A stretch of 32,705 nucleotides of DNA, the filler included, from an uncultured virus (IMG/VR IMGVR_UViG_2061766007_002310) (Duplodnaviria > Heunggongvirae > Uroviricota > Caudoviricetes). It is 5 parts of one record of this genome, joined end to end, with 100 filler letters (N's around TTAATTAATTAA, not from the genome) between each part and the next. Parts side by side here need not be neighbours in the genome. Positions count along the whole stretch, not along the records: positions 1 to 13,575 come from IMGVR_UViG_2061766007_002310; positions 13,676 to 20,537 come from IMGVR_UViG_2061766007_002310; 3 more parts are not named here. One strand, given 5' to 3'. Shown one piece after another: positions 10,024 through 19,836 of the stretch; positions within the stretch are counted from its first letter, which is position 1; every line of letters starts with the position of its first letter. Position numbers and translations under genes: made by a program. The notes beneath the pieces are model-generated. The model was given only the letters and a program-made list of their open reading frames with translations. It did no database searches and had not been told where the DNA came from.

Positions 10024-10235
10024 TATCTGCTCGGTAGGTAAAATTGTTTCTTCTTGGCAAACCACGCCTTGATGCGTACGATTAACGGAAACTTCTTGTC
10101 CTTGGCAATCTGTTCGAGAGATCCTTGGCAGCAACCGTTCTTCTCCACGCATCCATAGTTTGTACGGATCGGACAATAGCCGCTGGTGTCCCAGCAGCAT
10201 CCCTTGCAATGGTGATAATAGTACCTATCTGACAT
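10023..10235 (-). CDS. Cys-rich small protein (70 aa, 7 Cys)
   Basis: GAGG RBS; TAATG coupling to the radical SAM gene in both alleles (9681 and 10023). Confidence 0.7.
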   Translation of the reverse strand: MSDRYYYHHCKGCCWDTSGYCPIRTNYGCVEKNGCCQGSLEQIAKDKKFPLIVRIKAWFAKKKQFYLPSR

Positions 10236-10242
10236 ATCTACC

Positions 10243-10797
10243 TCACAAAAACTCGGCGCATTCTAAGCTCACCCGCTGCATCACGGTCACAAGGTCATAC
10301 GTCTTCACACCGACAGTAAACGTCTTGCCGTCGAACTGTACGCCGTTCATTGTCAGCATCTCGTTCATCGGGATACGGAGCCAGCACCAGTGCCTTTCTT
10401 CCTTGTACTCGTACTTGTATCGACATTCACGATATCTGCCAGTATCATCGCCCCAGTTGTTAACTGCTCGCCAGGGGAACTTGTCTGCATAGTACTGGTT
10501 TTTGTAGTCGATCTGGCGCAGACAGAGGAACGCCACCACTTCGATGATGTCCTCCGGAGTAGGATACTTCCACTCGTCGATTTCCTTCTGGGTCTCGATG
10601 GACATGCCCCACGCATCTTCGTCGTAGATAGGCTTGCCGTCGGCATCCAGCTTCAACTCAATCTTTCGACGATACCGTTCAGCCCAGAAACGACTATGGA
10701 ATTGTCTCCATTGCCACAAGGCTTGCCGAGAAGTACGTTCGTATTCGTACTCGTCATCGTCACCGCAATATACTACGCCACACAATGCATTGTTCAT
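10243..10797 (-). CDS. hypothetical protein (MNNALCGVVY...), predicted leaderless
   Basis: ATG 7 nt downstream of TATATT(10810-10805). Confidence 0.7.
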   Translation of the reverse strand: MNNALCGVVYCGDDDEYEYERTSRQALWQWRQFHSRFWAERYRRKIELKLDADGKPIYDEDAWGMSIETQKEIDEWKYPTPEDIIEVVAFLCLRQIDYKNQYYADKFPWRAVNNWGDDTGRYRECRYKYEYKEERHWCWLRIPMNEMLTMNGVQFDGKTFTVGVKTYDLVTVMQRVSLECAEFL

Positions 10798-10804
10798 GCT
10801 TACC

Positions 10805-10862
10805 AATATAGCAAAATACGCCGATGCGGTCAATAGACAAGTTAACGCCTATTTGCTATATT
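10805..10862. promoter_or_regulatory. back-to-back divergent promoters (allelic copy at 10985-11042)
   Basis: Minus strand: TTGACC-N17-TATATT. Plus strand: TAGACA-N17-TATATT. The two -35 boxes abut. Confidence 0.85.
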
Positions 10863-11049
10863 AGCTAGCATGACGGCATATGACATACTTACCACAGAAA
10901 TAGAGCGTTTCGACGTTAAAGATATTATCGANNNNNNNNNNGCCGCAATATACTACGCCACATAATGCACTATTCATGTTTACCAATATAGCAAAATACG
11001 CCGATGCAGTCAATAGACAAGTTAACGCCTATTTGCTATATTAGATAGC

Positions 11050-11700
11050 ATGACGGCATACGACATACTTACCACAGAAATAGAGCGTTTCGACGTTAAA
11101 GATATTATCGAAAAGTACCGACTGACGCCAGTTTTCGAGACTTGGGTGAACGCCAAAGTCAAGTACAATTACATTTTCACCTACACACCTATCGCCGACG
11201 GCGGTATCAGGCTGTACATAGAAGGATCAGACGTGTGCGTTGGAATACTCCACTCAATGACGAATACATTGAGGACAACGGAGTACATCACGGACACATT
11301 CGGCAGAAAAGTCCTCGGAAAGTTCCCTTGGCAGACCAAGACATGCGAGACCAAGGAAGAGTTCGACAAGAACATCGGAAAGCTCATCGAAGAACACCGG
11401 CAGAAATTGATCGATGAAGGGTCGTTCAAGCTGTTCAAGGTCGAACTGTCCGACGGTGGTTACGACAGCTACGACTCCGCAATTATCGCTTGCGCAGACA
11501 AGGTGACATTGGAAGAGTTGTGCAAGGACAAGTTCAACAAGTATCGCTGGCATGACGACCCAGACGTAATCTTTGAGCAAAGCTTCAATATCCACGAAGA
11601 CCAGAAGGTCGACTCTATCGTCGAGATTGGTGTATACACTGGCGAAATGTACCGTGACACCAAGGCGAAAGTAATCTGTTCATCATTCAATGCGGGGTAA
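11050..11700 (+). CDS. phage hypothetical protein, predicted leaderless
   Basis: 216 aa; C-terminal YDSYDSAII...IG...VICSSFNAG module; 5' end duplicated at 10870. Confidence 0.75.
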   Translation: MTAYDILTTEIERFDVKDIIEKYRLTPVFETWVNAKVKYNYIFTYTPIADGGIRLYIEGSDVCVGILHSMTNTLRTTEYITDTFGRKVLGKFPWQTKTCETKEEFDKNIGKLIEEHRQKLIDEGSFKLFKVELSDGGYDSYDSAIIACADKVTLEELCKDKFNKYRWHDDPDVIFEQSFNIHEDQKVDSIVEIGVYTGEMYRDTKAKVICSSFNAG

Positions 11701-11702
11701 CC

Positions 11703-12152
11703 ATGCTCATCTGGCACCACATCAACTTAGATCCACGTCAATGTACCTCTATTCACACTGCGATGACCTTGTTCAAGGCATGCCGCTGTGAAATATTCAC
11801 CGACATCAGCGACGATACCGTACGCCTACTTGAAAAGACGCATGGCTGCCTCCATATTATCCAAGTGACATACACCGACACCTATCTCAAAGGTATGCCG
11901 GAACATAACCAGGAAAAGCTGGATAAGTTCATTGATGCAGTGAAAACAACATATAAGAACACGGAAAATGAATTGATGACCAAGGAAGACGCAAAGGTCA
12001 AAGACCTTCCGGTAACTGCGTATATCTGCCTATTCGAGACCGACATTTCATCGACCAAGTCAGCTACCAAATATAGCCGTCAAGACATTATCTGTCGAGC
12101 CGAGAAGTTCATTAATGATGGCACCGAGGTGTCCGCATGCGGAGTGTCGTAG
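11703..12152 (+). CDS. hypothetical protein
   Basis: 149-aa ORF in operon arrangement. Confidence 0.65.
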   Translation: MLIWHHINLDPRQCTSIHTAMTLFKACRCEIFTDISDDTVRLLEKTHGCLHIIQVTYTDTYLKGMPEHNQEKLDKFIDAVKTTYKNTENELMTKEDAKVKDLPVTAYICLFETDISSTKSATKYSRQDIICRAEKFINDGTEVSACGVS

Positions 12153-12541
12153 CTGCGTTCGTTGGCTATGCGCCAAACTTCGAATTACCATGGGCGGTAG
12201 GAACCGACCACGGTGAAGCGTCGTTCACGTTAGACTCAGACAAGGAACGGTGCGAGTGGAAATCCAACAACCAGCCTACATGGTACGGATTCGTCGTGAA
12301 GGACGATGACGGCAACTACTCATATGCCGACAGAAAGACCGCCTACATTATCGCCAAGGAATCTGACCAGATGAATGATAGGAAAGGACTTCCAAACCGT
12401 CTGGACTCATTCCAGATAGCTTCATATGACAGCAAGGAACTGCTCCATCTTTCCAATATGTCCTGGGATACAAACGAGGCGTTCAAGAACAAAGTATTCG
12501 ATTGCGAAGAAGATCCACGATTGACTGCGTCGGACATTTAG
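12137..12541 (+). CDS. hypothetical protein
   Basis: GAGGTG RBS; GF...DRKTAYIIA..Q pattern reminiscent of small phage proteins. Confidence 0.65.
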   Translation: MRSVVAAFVGYAPNFELPWAVGTDHGEASFTLDSDKERCEWKSNNQPTWYGFVVKDDDGNYSYADRKTAYIIAKESDQMNDRKGLPNRLDSFQIASYDSKELLHLSNMSWDTNEAFKNKVFDCEEDPRLTASDI

Positions 12542-12658
12542 CTAGCAACAGCAGATACCAATTATACATAGCACTGCATAGACAATACAGAATGGTGGCC
12601 AAATGACCACCAATTCTAGTATTATAGCCATTATACACAAGAATCCGAGAAGCCTCAT
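12542..12658 (-). CDS. 38-aa hydrophobic peptide MRLLGFLCIMAIILELVVIWPPFCIVYAVLCIIGICCC (not in ORF track)
   Basis: Translated by hand; ATGA overlap with the upstream stop, AAGGA RBS, fills the intergenic gap exactly. Confidence 0.6.
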   Translation of the reverse strand: MRLLGFLCIMAIILELVVIWPPFCIVYAVLCIIGICCC

Positions 12659-13263
12659 CTTTCCTTCCAGTTCTTGACATGCGTGTCGATATAGCTAACC
12701 AATGAATTTACGTCGTACGCTGTCATCTCGCACACGTAGACCTTTGGTTTGTCTGGCTTGACAGTGGAGTACTTGGGAGTCTTATCGGCAGTGGAATCCA
12801 CATACATCAAGTCTGGCGTATCGTAGTAGATCTCGATACCGAACTTCAATCCAGGAATCGAGTCGAACGTCATTTCTATGGACTCGCAGCAGAATACGAA
12901 CTTTGCATTATGCATTTCGGTACCACGGTCGAACAGCAAGGCAGCCATTTTCAAGAAGCCGTCGTTGATATCTTTAGGCGTGGGGACAGCAATGTATTTC
13001 TCGAAGTTGTATTCGCCTTCATGACTACTATTAATGAGCTCAAGCATCTTTTCATACCGAGCGAACCCATCTTTCATCAACGAACGGGCCTTATCAAGTC
13101 CAGAGAACACGTCGGACTCTGGATCGACCGTACCACTCATACGCACAGACAGACGGTCTATAAGCCGATGACGTTCGTTCTCTAGCGCAAACCCAGATAG
13201 TCCAGTTGTCGCCAGATATTCGTCGATTTGCTTGATTGTATAAAAGTTGGTATCACCTTGCAT
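12655..13263 (-). CDS. hypothetical protein
   Basis: 202-aa ORF with GGAG upstream. Confidence 0.7.
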   Translation of the reverse strand: MQGDTNFYTIKQIDEYLATTGLSGFALENERHRLIDRLSVRMSGTVDPESDVFSGLDKARSLMKDGFARYEKMLELINSSHEGEYNFEKYIAVPTPKDINDGFLKMAALLFDRGTEMHNAKFVFCCESIEMTFDSIPGLKFGIEIYYDTPDLMYVDSTADKTPKYSTVKPDKPKVYVCEMTAYDVNSLVSYIDTHVKNWKER

Positions 13264-13265
13264 AG

Positions 13266-13575
13266 CTACTTCTCCGGCAGTAAATTGGCAATCTTCCAGA
13301 TCTCGATATCGTCAATTTTGATATGCGTCGGAAGATAGTGTCCGTCAGTATTGTCCACTATGACTTTCTCGATATGGAACTGGCCGTTATCNNNNNNNNN
13401 NNNNNNNNNNNNNNNNNNNNNNNNNNNNNNNNNNNNNNNNNNNNNNNNNNNNNNNNNNNNNNNNNNNNNNATTGAATTCCAATCGTTCAATCTGGTTACG
13501 TAGCTTGGTTTCTTCGTCAAGCCAGCCAGACAGCAACATGTTAGCATCCTTGAGCTCTCGCACGAAGCGTTCTCG
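13266..13575 (-). CDS. hypothetical protein, 5' partial, spans a gap
   Basis: RERFVRELKDANMLL...LEFN before the gap and DNGQFHIEK...LLPEK* after it. Confidence 0.45.
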
Positions 13576-13675
13576 NNNNNNNNNNNNNNNNNNNNNNNNN
13601 NNNNNNNNNNNNNNNNNNNTTAATTAATTAANNNNNNNNNNNNNNNNNNNNNNNNNNNNNNNNNNNNNNNNNNNN
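13576..13675. other. artificial contig linker N44-TTAATTAATTAA-N44 (12-mers also at 20582, 21077, 28640)
   Basis: Identical 12-mer with stops in all six frames embedded in N runs. Confidence 0.95.
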
Positions 13676-14058
13676 CAGAGTATTAACCATGGCATCGTCA
13701 ATGTCGAGAATCCACTTCTTGGTTTCAGAGTCCTCGGTACAAGTCTTTCCAAGCGCACTGCTGTAGAACTTCTGTGCGGACTGAAGCTTCGGAAATTTGT
13801 ATGTCGTCTTGCCGGTACGGATCATCTTGCGCATGATACGGTTGACTTCGAGCTGTGCGACCAGGCACTCGATCTGTGTCTGGATATTCGCATCCAGCGT
13901 GTTTCGCTGATTCAGACGGATCATCGCACGTGCGCCNNNNNNNNNNTTCGGTCTTTAACGAACCCGTCCTTGGCTCGCTGCATGACTTGGACGTAGTAGA
14001 CGTCTCCTTCAATCTCGAAATGCATCAAGCTCTTTATTTTTTCATAGTTGTTAACCAT
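13676..14058 (-). CDS. AEP (archaeo-eukaryotic primase)-fold-like phage protein, N-terminal and central fragments
   Basis: MVNNYEKIKSLMHF..YYVQVMQRAKD start at 14058; ARAMIRLNQRN; KWILDIDD (hhDhD motif); other pieces lie at 16745-17705. Confidence 0.55.
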
Positions 14059-14059
14059 A

Positions 14060-14266
14060 TTAGACTTCCTTTATGAGTTCGTCGGATTCGATTTTCCACG
14101 ACATTCCGTCATCATCCTTCATATGTTCAAGACGCCAATCAATTTCCTTGTCGACCGTAGAATCACTGTCCACGACTACCTTGTAGACTTCGTCGCCAAA
14201 TTCATTGCCGCCCCGTCTGAAGCTGACGGTAACCTTTCTTACTTGTTTCTTTTTTGCTTCTGACAT
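14060..14266 (-). CDS. hypothetical protein (MSEAKKKQVRK...), predicted leaderless
   Basis: ATG 6 nt after TATATT. Confidence 0.7.
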   Translation of the reverse strand: MSEAKKKQVRKVTVSFRRGGNEFGDEVYKVVVDSDSTVDKEIDWRLEHMKDDDGMSWKIESDELIKEV

Positions 14267-14272
14267 GTCCAA

Positions 14273-14301
14273 AATATAGCAAAGAGTAGGTGTGTCGTCA
14301 A
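14273..14301 (-). promoter_or_regulatory. sigma70-type promoter
   Basis: TTGACG-N17-TATATT with TGC before the -10. Confidence 0.85.
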
Positions 14302-14313
14302 TAAACTGTGTGT

Positions 14314-14520
14314 ATGGTACACTGTTACGCAGTCATATATACAGACAAGAGAACTGGCGCTGTCGGCAGTTCTCCTGAATTATACACGTCGATGGACAAC
14401 CAGATCGATATAATCAACTGGTACGAGAAGCGTCATTCCTACGCTAAAGTCCAAGCAATCGTCGAGCGACACGAACTAGAGGATTCGCCTTCCGATCAAG
14501 TGCCCAGCGGACAAACTTGA
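14314..14520 (+). CDS. hypothetical protein (MVHCYAVIYTDK...)
   Basis: 68 aa; overlaps the 3' end of the convergent nucleotidyltransferase by 77 nt. Confidence 0.45.
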   Translation: MVHCYAVIYTDKRTGAVGSSPELYTSMDNQIDIINWYEKRHSYAKVQAIVERHELEDSPSDQVPSGQT

Positions 14521-16080
14521 TCGTGTAGTCGTCGATTTCCCTCGTCGTGTACTCGGTCTCCCTTAGACCGGAGCAAGCGAAGAGCTTCGTGACTTCGTTA
14601 ACCAGATTTTCCGAATACTCCAGAATGTCGTCNNNNNNNNNNAGCCCAGCGGACAAACTTGATCGTGTAGTCGTCGATTTCCTTCGTCGTGTACTCGGTC
14701 TCCCTTAGACCGGAGCAAGCGAACAGCTTCGTGACTTCGTTAACCAGATTTTCCGAATACTCCAGAATGTCGTCGTACTTCCAGCCGCCTTGCTTGATGT
14801 TCAGCAAGAACTCACGCTGTTCCGTACGGTCGACGACCACACGGTGCATCGTTGCGATATCCCTTGCGGTGAACAGCAATCTGACGCAGTGCATCATGTT
14901 CTTGGCGTCGTATCCTTGACCGTGCTGGATAGTCGTGTTGTACCTTTCCGGATTTCTTTTGGCAACCCATTCCTTGTACTCCGCACGTTCCTTGAACTCC
15001 TTGGAATAGGCGTTACGGTTGAACACCATGTAGCCAAGCACAGGCTTTCCCTTCGGAATTGAATTCAGCTGGACATCGCCACTGGTTTCCTCGTTACGGA
15101 CGATACCGTAAGCCCAGCGCCATTCGTGCTCGTTCTGTCCGGGAATGTCACGTTCGGCCTTCGGCTGTCCGTAGATGGCAAAACCGTTGTCGATATGGTC
15201 GATGGCAGCTATGGCATACCACTTCTGGTCTGAACCGTAGTCGTCGTCCATATGCGTCTTCAACCATTCCTTGACCGGAATAGCGCCGCCGTTAGGCATA
15301 NNNNNNNNNNATGCTCGTTCTGTCCTGGAATGTCACGTTCGGACTTCGGCTGTCCGTAGATGGCAAAACCGTTGTCGATATGGTCGATGGCCGCAATAGC
15401 GTACCATTTCTGGTCTGAACCGTAGTCGTCGTCCTTATGCGTCTTCAACCATTCCTTGACCGGAATAGCGCCGCCGTTAGGCATANNNNNNNNNNAGCAA
15501 AACCGTTGTCGATATGGTCGATGGCCGCAATGGCATACCATTTCTGGTCTGAACCGTAGTCGTCGTCCTTATGCGTCTTCAACAATTCCTTGACCGGAAT
15601 AGCGCCGCCGTTAGGCATAGGCACATAGCAGTAGTCGAGAACTTGAGGCGGTTCCTCCGGCTTCGGCTTGAATACCTTCTTGTTCATTCCACGCGCACGA
15701 GAGATCTGCCCCTTCGCGTATTCGACGAAGGTCTTCTCACAACGGCGTGTGACGAAGTCCATTTCCTCACGGATCTTCTCAAGGAATTCCTTTCCCTCGA
15801 TGATACAGCGATCCGGAGAATACAGCATTTCGAGAGCTTGCGGATTCGCCCTAGAAAGCTCACGGAAAAACTTGGTTATTTCCCAGTAGGTCTCGTCGTT
15901 GGTCGTGTCGGCAATCTGGTCGCCGATATCTTGTCTAAGACGAGATTCCCATGGCAAGATGTAGACACCACGGATATCCTGGTCGGACGTAGGCGTGTTA
16001 AGTCCAAACGAAGTGGAGCCAGATATTACCTTGAATATTAAGGTTCCGGTTTCACGAACCTTCTTTTCTGTTTCCGTCAT
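14444..16080 (-). CDS. predicted nucleotidyltransferase (PF10127 / T4 NrdC.11-like), in overlapping allelic fragments
   Basis: VISGSTSFGLNTPTSDQDIRGVY (GS...DxD), NPQALEML, GYDAKNMMHCVRLL, LLNIKQG; true start MTETEKK at 16080. Confidence 0.85.
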
Positions 16081-16238
16081 CAATCGTCCCCTTTGTCGCA
16101 CCAGTACGCATTGTCGCAGCCTTCTTCCGGTTCCGGACACTTCCAGAATGCGTTGGATTCACAAGAGCCAGCGAGCAATGCGCTTTCGGACGGCATCGCC
16201 ATAATTTCCATTGTCGGCTTAACATATTTTTTAGTCAT
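16080..16238 (-). CDS. 52-aa RiPP-like precursor peptide MTKKYVKPTMEIMAMPSESALLAGSCESNAFWKCPEPEEGCDNAYWCDKGDD (not in ORF track)
   Basis: Translated by hand; own promoter and GAGG RBS; TGATG coupling to the nucleotidyltransferase; second allele start MKKKYVKPT at 20664-20638. Confidence 0.8.
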   Translation of the reverse strand: MTKKYVKPTMEIMAMPSESALLAGSCESNAFWKCPEPEEGCDNAYWCDKGDD

Positions 16239-16243
16239 AATAA

Positions 16244-16286
16244 AAACCTCGTTCGCAAATATAGCAAACGAGGTTTATCATGTCAA
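16244..16286 (-). promoter_or_regulatory. promoter embedded in a terminator hairpin
   Basis: TTGACA-N17-TATATT; stem AAACCTCGTTTGC/GCGAACGAGGTTT with the -10 in the loop, followed by a T tract. Confidence 0.8.
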
Positions 16287-16295
16287 TTAGACTTG

Positions 16296-16354
16296 TTACT
16301 TCAAGCGGTCAAGGAACTCGTCGAGAGTGTCCGGCGTGTACACCTTGATATTGT
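16296..16354 (-). CDS. probable DNA ligase C-terminus (allele of 20973-21032)
   Basis: NIKVYTPDTLDEFLDRLK*, resembling the end of a BRCT domain; linkage to ligA inferred from position. Confidence 0.5.
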
Positions 16355-16973
16355 NNNNNNNNNNGTTCATGAAGAAAGTCGAACAAAAAGATAAGTTCCT
16401 GACTAGTCTTTCCGCTGTTCTCTTCGTCAGACATGTANNNNNNNNNNATCATTTTCAACATCAAATTCCGGTGCAAGTACAATTCTCGGACGGAACGCCG
16501 CACCGCTTGGATATTCAAGTGCAGTATCAATATACGCCACCGCAAACGCAGCTCTCGGCTGAAGGGATGGATACGAAGACTTCATTTCGGTGATAAAGTC
16601 TTCGATCATCTCTGGTTTGGTTTCGGCATCACTCGTAATGTCGGAAATCTTCTCCAGTCTGTATTTCTGCTTCACGTCCGGATACTTCTCGTGGTCGACT
16701 TCGGACAAGAACATNNNNNNNNNNAATCGTTCTGTCCATACTAATTAGTCCGGAATGTAGAGGTTGGTGTTCGCATCGTGCATGATGTACTCGTCTTGGT
16801 TGGACGGCTTTCCGAAACGGTTGTAGAAGACGTCCTTGCGGAAAGGGGACGTAACCAAGTGGATGCCGTGCTTGGAAGGAAGACGACAGTAGATCTTCGG
16901 TACGTTGTTACGCTCGGCGCACTCGCCGACAATGAACTTCTCGAACAAGTCGGCAATGGCATCNNNNNNNNNN

Positions 16974-17147
16974 GTCCTTCGGACGTGCGTACGTGCCGTC
17001 CGTGTGGTTGGTCTTGCCCTCGTTGCCGGAGCATTCATAGATAACAAGTTCCTCGCCAGTCTCCGAGTGCTTTGCCACGGTGATTACCTTGGCCGTAGTA
17101 CCCTTGAAGTGACGCCATACGCTGCCGGGAGTTATAGTTCTGTCCAT
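16974..17147 (-). CDS. DUF1653 domain, N-terminal part
   Basis: WRHFKG...[13 protein letters not shown]...YARP; continues as MFLSEVDHEKYP (20537 and 16714). Confidence 0.85.
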
Positions 17148-17152
17148 ACTAA

Positions 17153-17475
17153 TTAGTCCGGAATGTAGAGGTTGGTATTCGCATCGGGCATGATGTACTC
17201 GTCTTGGTTGGACGGCTTTCCGAAACGGTTGTAGAAAACGTCCTTGCGGAACGGAGAAGTAACCAAGTGGAGGCCGTGTTTGGAAGGAAGACGACAGTAG
17301 ATCTTCGGTACGTTTTTACGATCGGCGCACTCGCCGACAATGAACTTCTCGAACAAGTCGGCAATGGCATCGACATTCTGGAAACACGGATCAAGAGTAT
17401 TAATCATGTCCGAGTCAATGTCGATAATCCACTTCTTGGTTTCAGAGTCCTCGGTACAAGTCTTTCCAAGCGCAC
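17153..17475 (-). CDS. AEP-fold-like protein, C-terminal fragment (allele at 16745-16963; internal piece at 17626-17705)
   Basis: KWIIDID and [13 protein letters not shown] (SxxGxH motif); overlaps the sequence at 13700-13757. Confidence 0.55.
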
Positions 17476-17794
17476 NNNNNNNNNNNNNNNNNNNNNNNNN
17501 NNNNNNNNNNNNNNNNNNNNNNNNNNNNNNNNNNNNNNNNNNNNNNNNNNNNNNNNNNNNNNNNNNNNNNNNNNNNNNNNNNNNNNNNNNNNNNNNNNNN
17601 NNNNNNNNNNNNNNNNNNNNNNNNNCCAGCTATTGCACATCTCTACCATGTCCTTGAAGTCTCGTTCAAACTGGTCGAAGTTATGGATATGGTAGTCACG
17701 TATGANNNNNNNNNNGATCGTTCTGTCCATACTAATTAGTCCGGAATGTAGAGGTTGGTGTTCGCANNNNNNNNNNGGTGATATATAGAGTTTA

Positions 17795-19836
17795 TCAGAT
17801 CTGATACTCCTTCGATGCGGACTTCCTATTCTTTCCGATGAACTTGATCGCATACAGCAAGTCACGCACGCCGTAAGTACAGTTGACGCATTCCTTGTTG
17901 CGGTGAGTCTTCATGATGGCATATATGTTGCCGATATCGGCAAGCGTAATGACCTTTCTGCGCATGTACCAGTAGATCGGACGGAACTTCAACGCGTCGA
18001 AATCAGTAATGTCCCCGGAATCCTTGATCATGTTCAGACGCTTTCCGTAAATGAACGGCTGCGGCAACCCAATCTCGATAACCTCGTCGAATCGTTCGGA
18101 ACGCTTTATGATGGCGTTCGCCAGAGTCTTAGGATTGTTCATCGTAGCAACCAGCGTGAATGTCTTCCTCGGATTGCCGTCCTTGTCGACGCCGCCTGGA
18201 CAGTTTTCGTGAAGAAAGTCAAACAAGAAGATAAGTTCCTGGCTAGTCTTTCCGCTGTTCTCTTCGTCAGACATGTACTTGTCGAAGTCGTCCAGCATGA
18301 TATAGATATGCAAGTTCGAGATTGCCTTGATGATGTTCTGCAGATAGTTTCGATAGTCCCAGGTAAGCCCATGCTCCGGCATGTACGGCATGAGCACGGC
18401 GGCGTCCTTGTTGTCCTTCACTATCTTGTTCATGATGAACGACTTTCCGGTGCCGGGTATGCCAACCAGCGCATAGGATCGAGAGCATCCCATCTTGTCA
18501 GCGTTTACTATTCGATGTACGAGTTCTTCGCTCTTCTTGTCGAAGATTTCCTTGTCGGTCTTCTGCTCAATTAGCGAACGCTTGTATACGCCAACGCCAC
18601 CGTCACCTACACTGCATACATACTTGCTGAAGTCAACCATAGAGAACGGCAACGCACGGCACCACGCCATTGAATTACTGTTGTAGTCAACTTCCTTACG
18701 GTACAGACCGTATACCGGCATGGTACCCGGATAGATACGGCGGATAGTCAAGTCATGTCTGTCGTTAGTGGTATTAACAAACAAAAAGACGTACATGTTA
18801 TATTCAAGCACTTCGGCGATCGCCACAAAATGGGATGCGGTCGACGAATGGATGATATAGCCGTACTTGTCCTCCTCGATCATAGCGGTTCGGTACACTA
18901 GCTTGCAATGGATCGTATCGGACTCGTCTCCGTTACGGTTGAAAAGATTCGAGTGCAGTTCGACTACCGTCCCTACAGAATATGCGGCTATCGACACGAG
19001 GAACATTCCNNNNNNNNNNCTCGATCATAGCGGTTCGGTACACTAGCTTGCAATGGATCGTCTCGGGCTCGTCTCCGTTACGGTTGAAAAGCTTCGAGTG
19101 CAGCTCGACTACCGTCCCTACAGAATATGCGGCTATCGACACGAGGAACATTCCACCCATCGGAACGTCCGTGTTTAAATCGATATAGTAGTCGCTCAGC
19201 TTGATTGGGCAGTCCTTGATCCCCTTGATGACACTGGAGAGAACATTGTAACTTTCCAGACCGTTGCTGCGCTCGATCTTTCCGGTGATATCGTCGACAA
19301 GAGAATCCAGCAGCGTGAAATTGCGTAAGGTGTTGGACACTTTACTCATCGGCGTATTAGGAGCAAGCAACGAGAGNNNNNNNNNNCAGAGTGAAATTGC
19401 GTAATGTGTTGGACACTTTACTCATCGGCGTATTAGGAGCAAGCAAAGAGAGCACCGTGTCTGCGGTATAGATATATTCCCGTGCACGGTTAGGCAATAC
19501 GGTATCGATAAGCGATTTCATACCGTAGTCGTGTATACGGGCCTTCAAATTATCCAATCCGAACATTTCAGTCAGCAACGACTTGANNNNNNNNNNTACG
19601 GTATCGATAAGCGATTTCAGACCGTAGTCGTGTACACGGGCCTTCAAATTATCCAATCCGAACATTTCAGTCAGCAACGACTTGATTGTCGGCTTTTCCA
19701 GCCACAATTCAGGCAGCTTCCTGATTTCGTCCTTTACCTTCTGTATGGTATCGGAGTCCGTCTTCTTTTCGGATGGAAGCTCCGCTGGCTGATCCTCGTC
19801 GACCGTATCCAGTTTCCTTGCGTCAAGCTTAGACAT
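17795..19836 (-). CDS. AAA+ ATPase with long N-terminal region (overlapping allelic fragments)
   Basis: Walker A GIPGTGKS, Walker B IMLDDFD, sensor TMN, Arg finger AIIKRSERFD. Confidence 0.85.
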
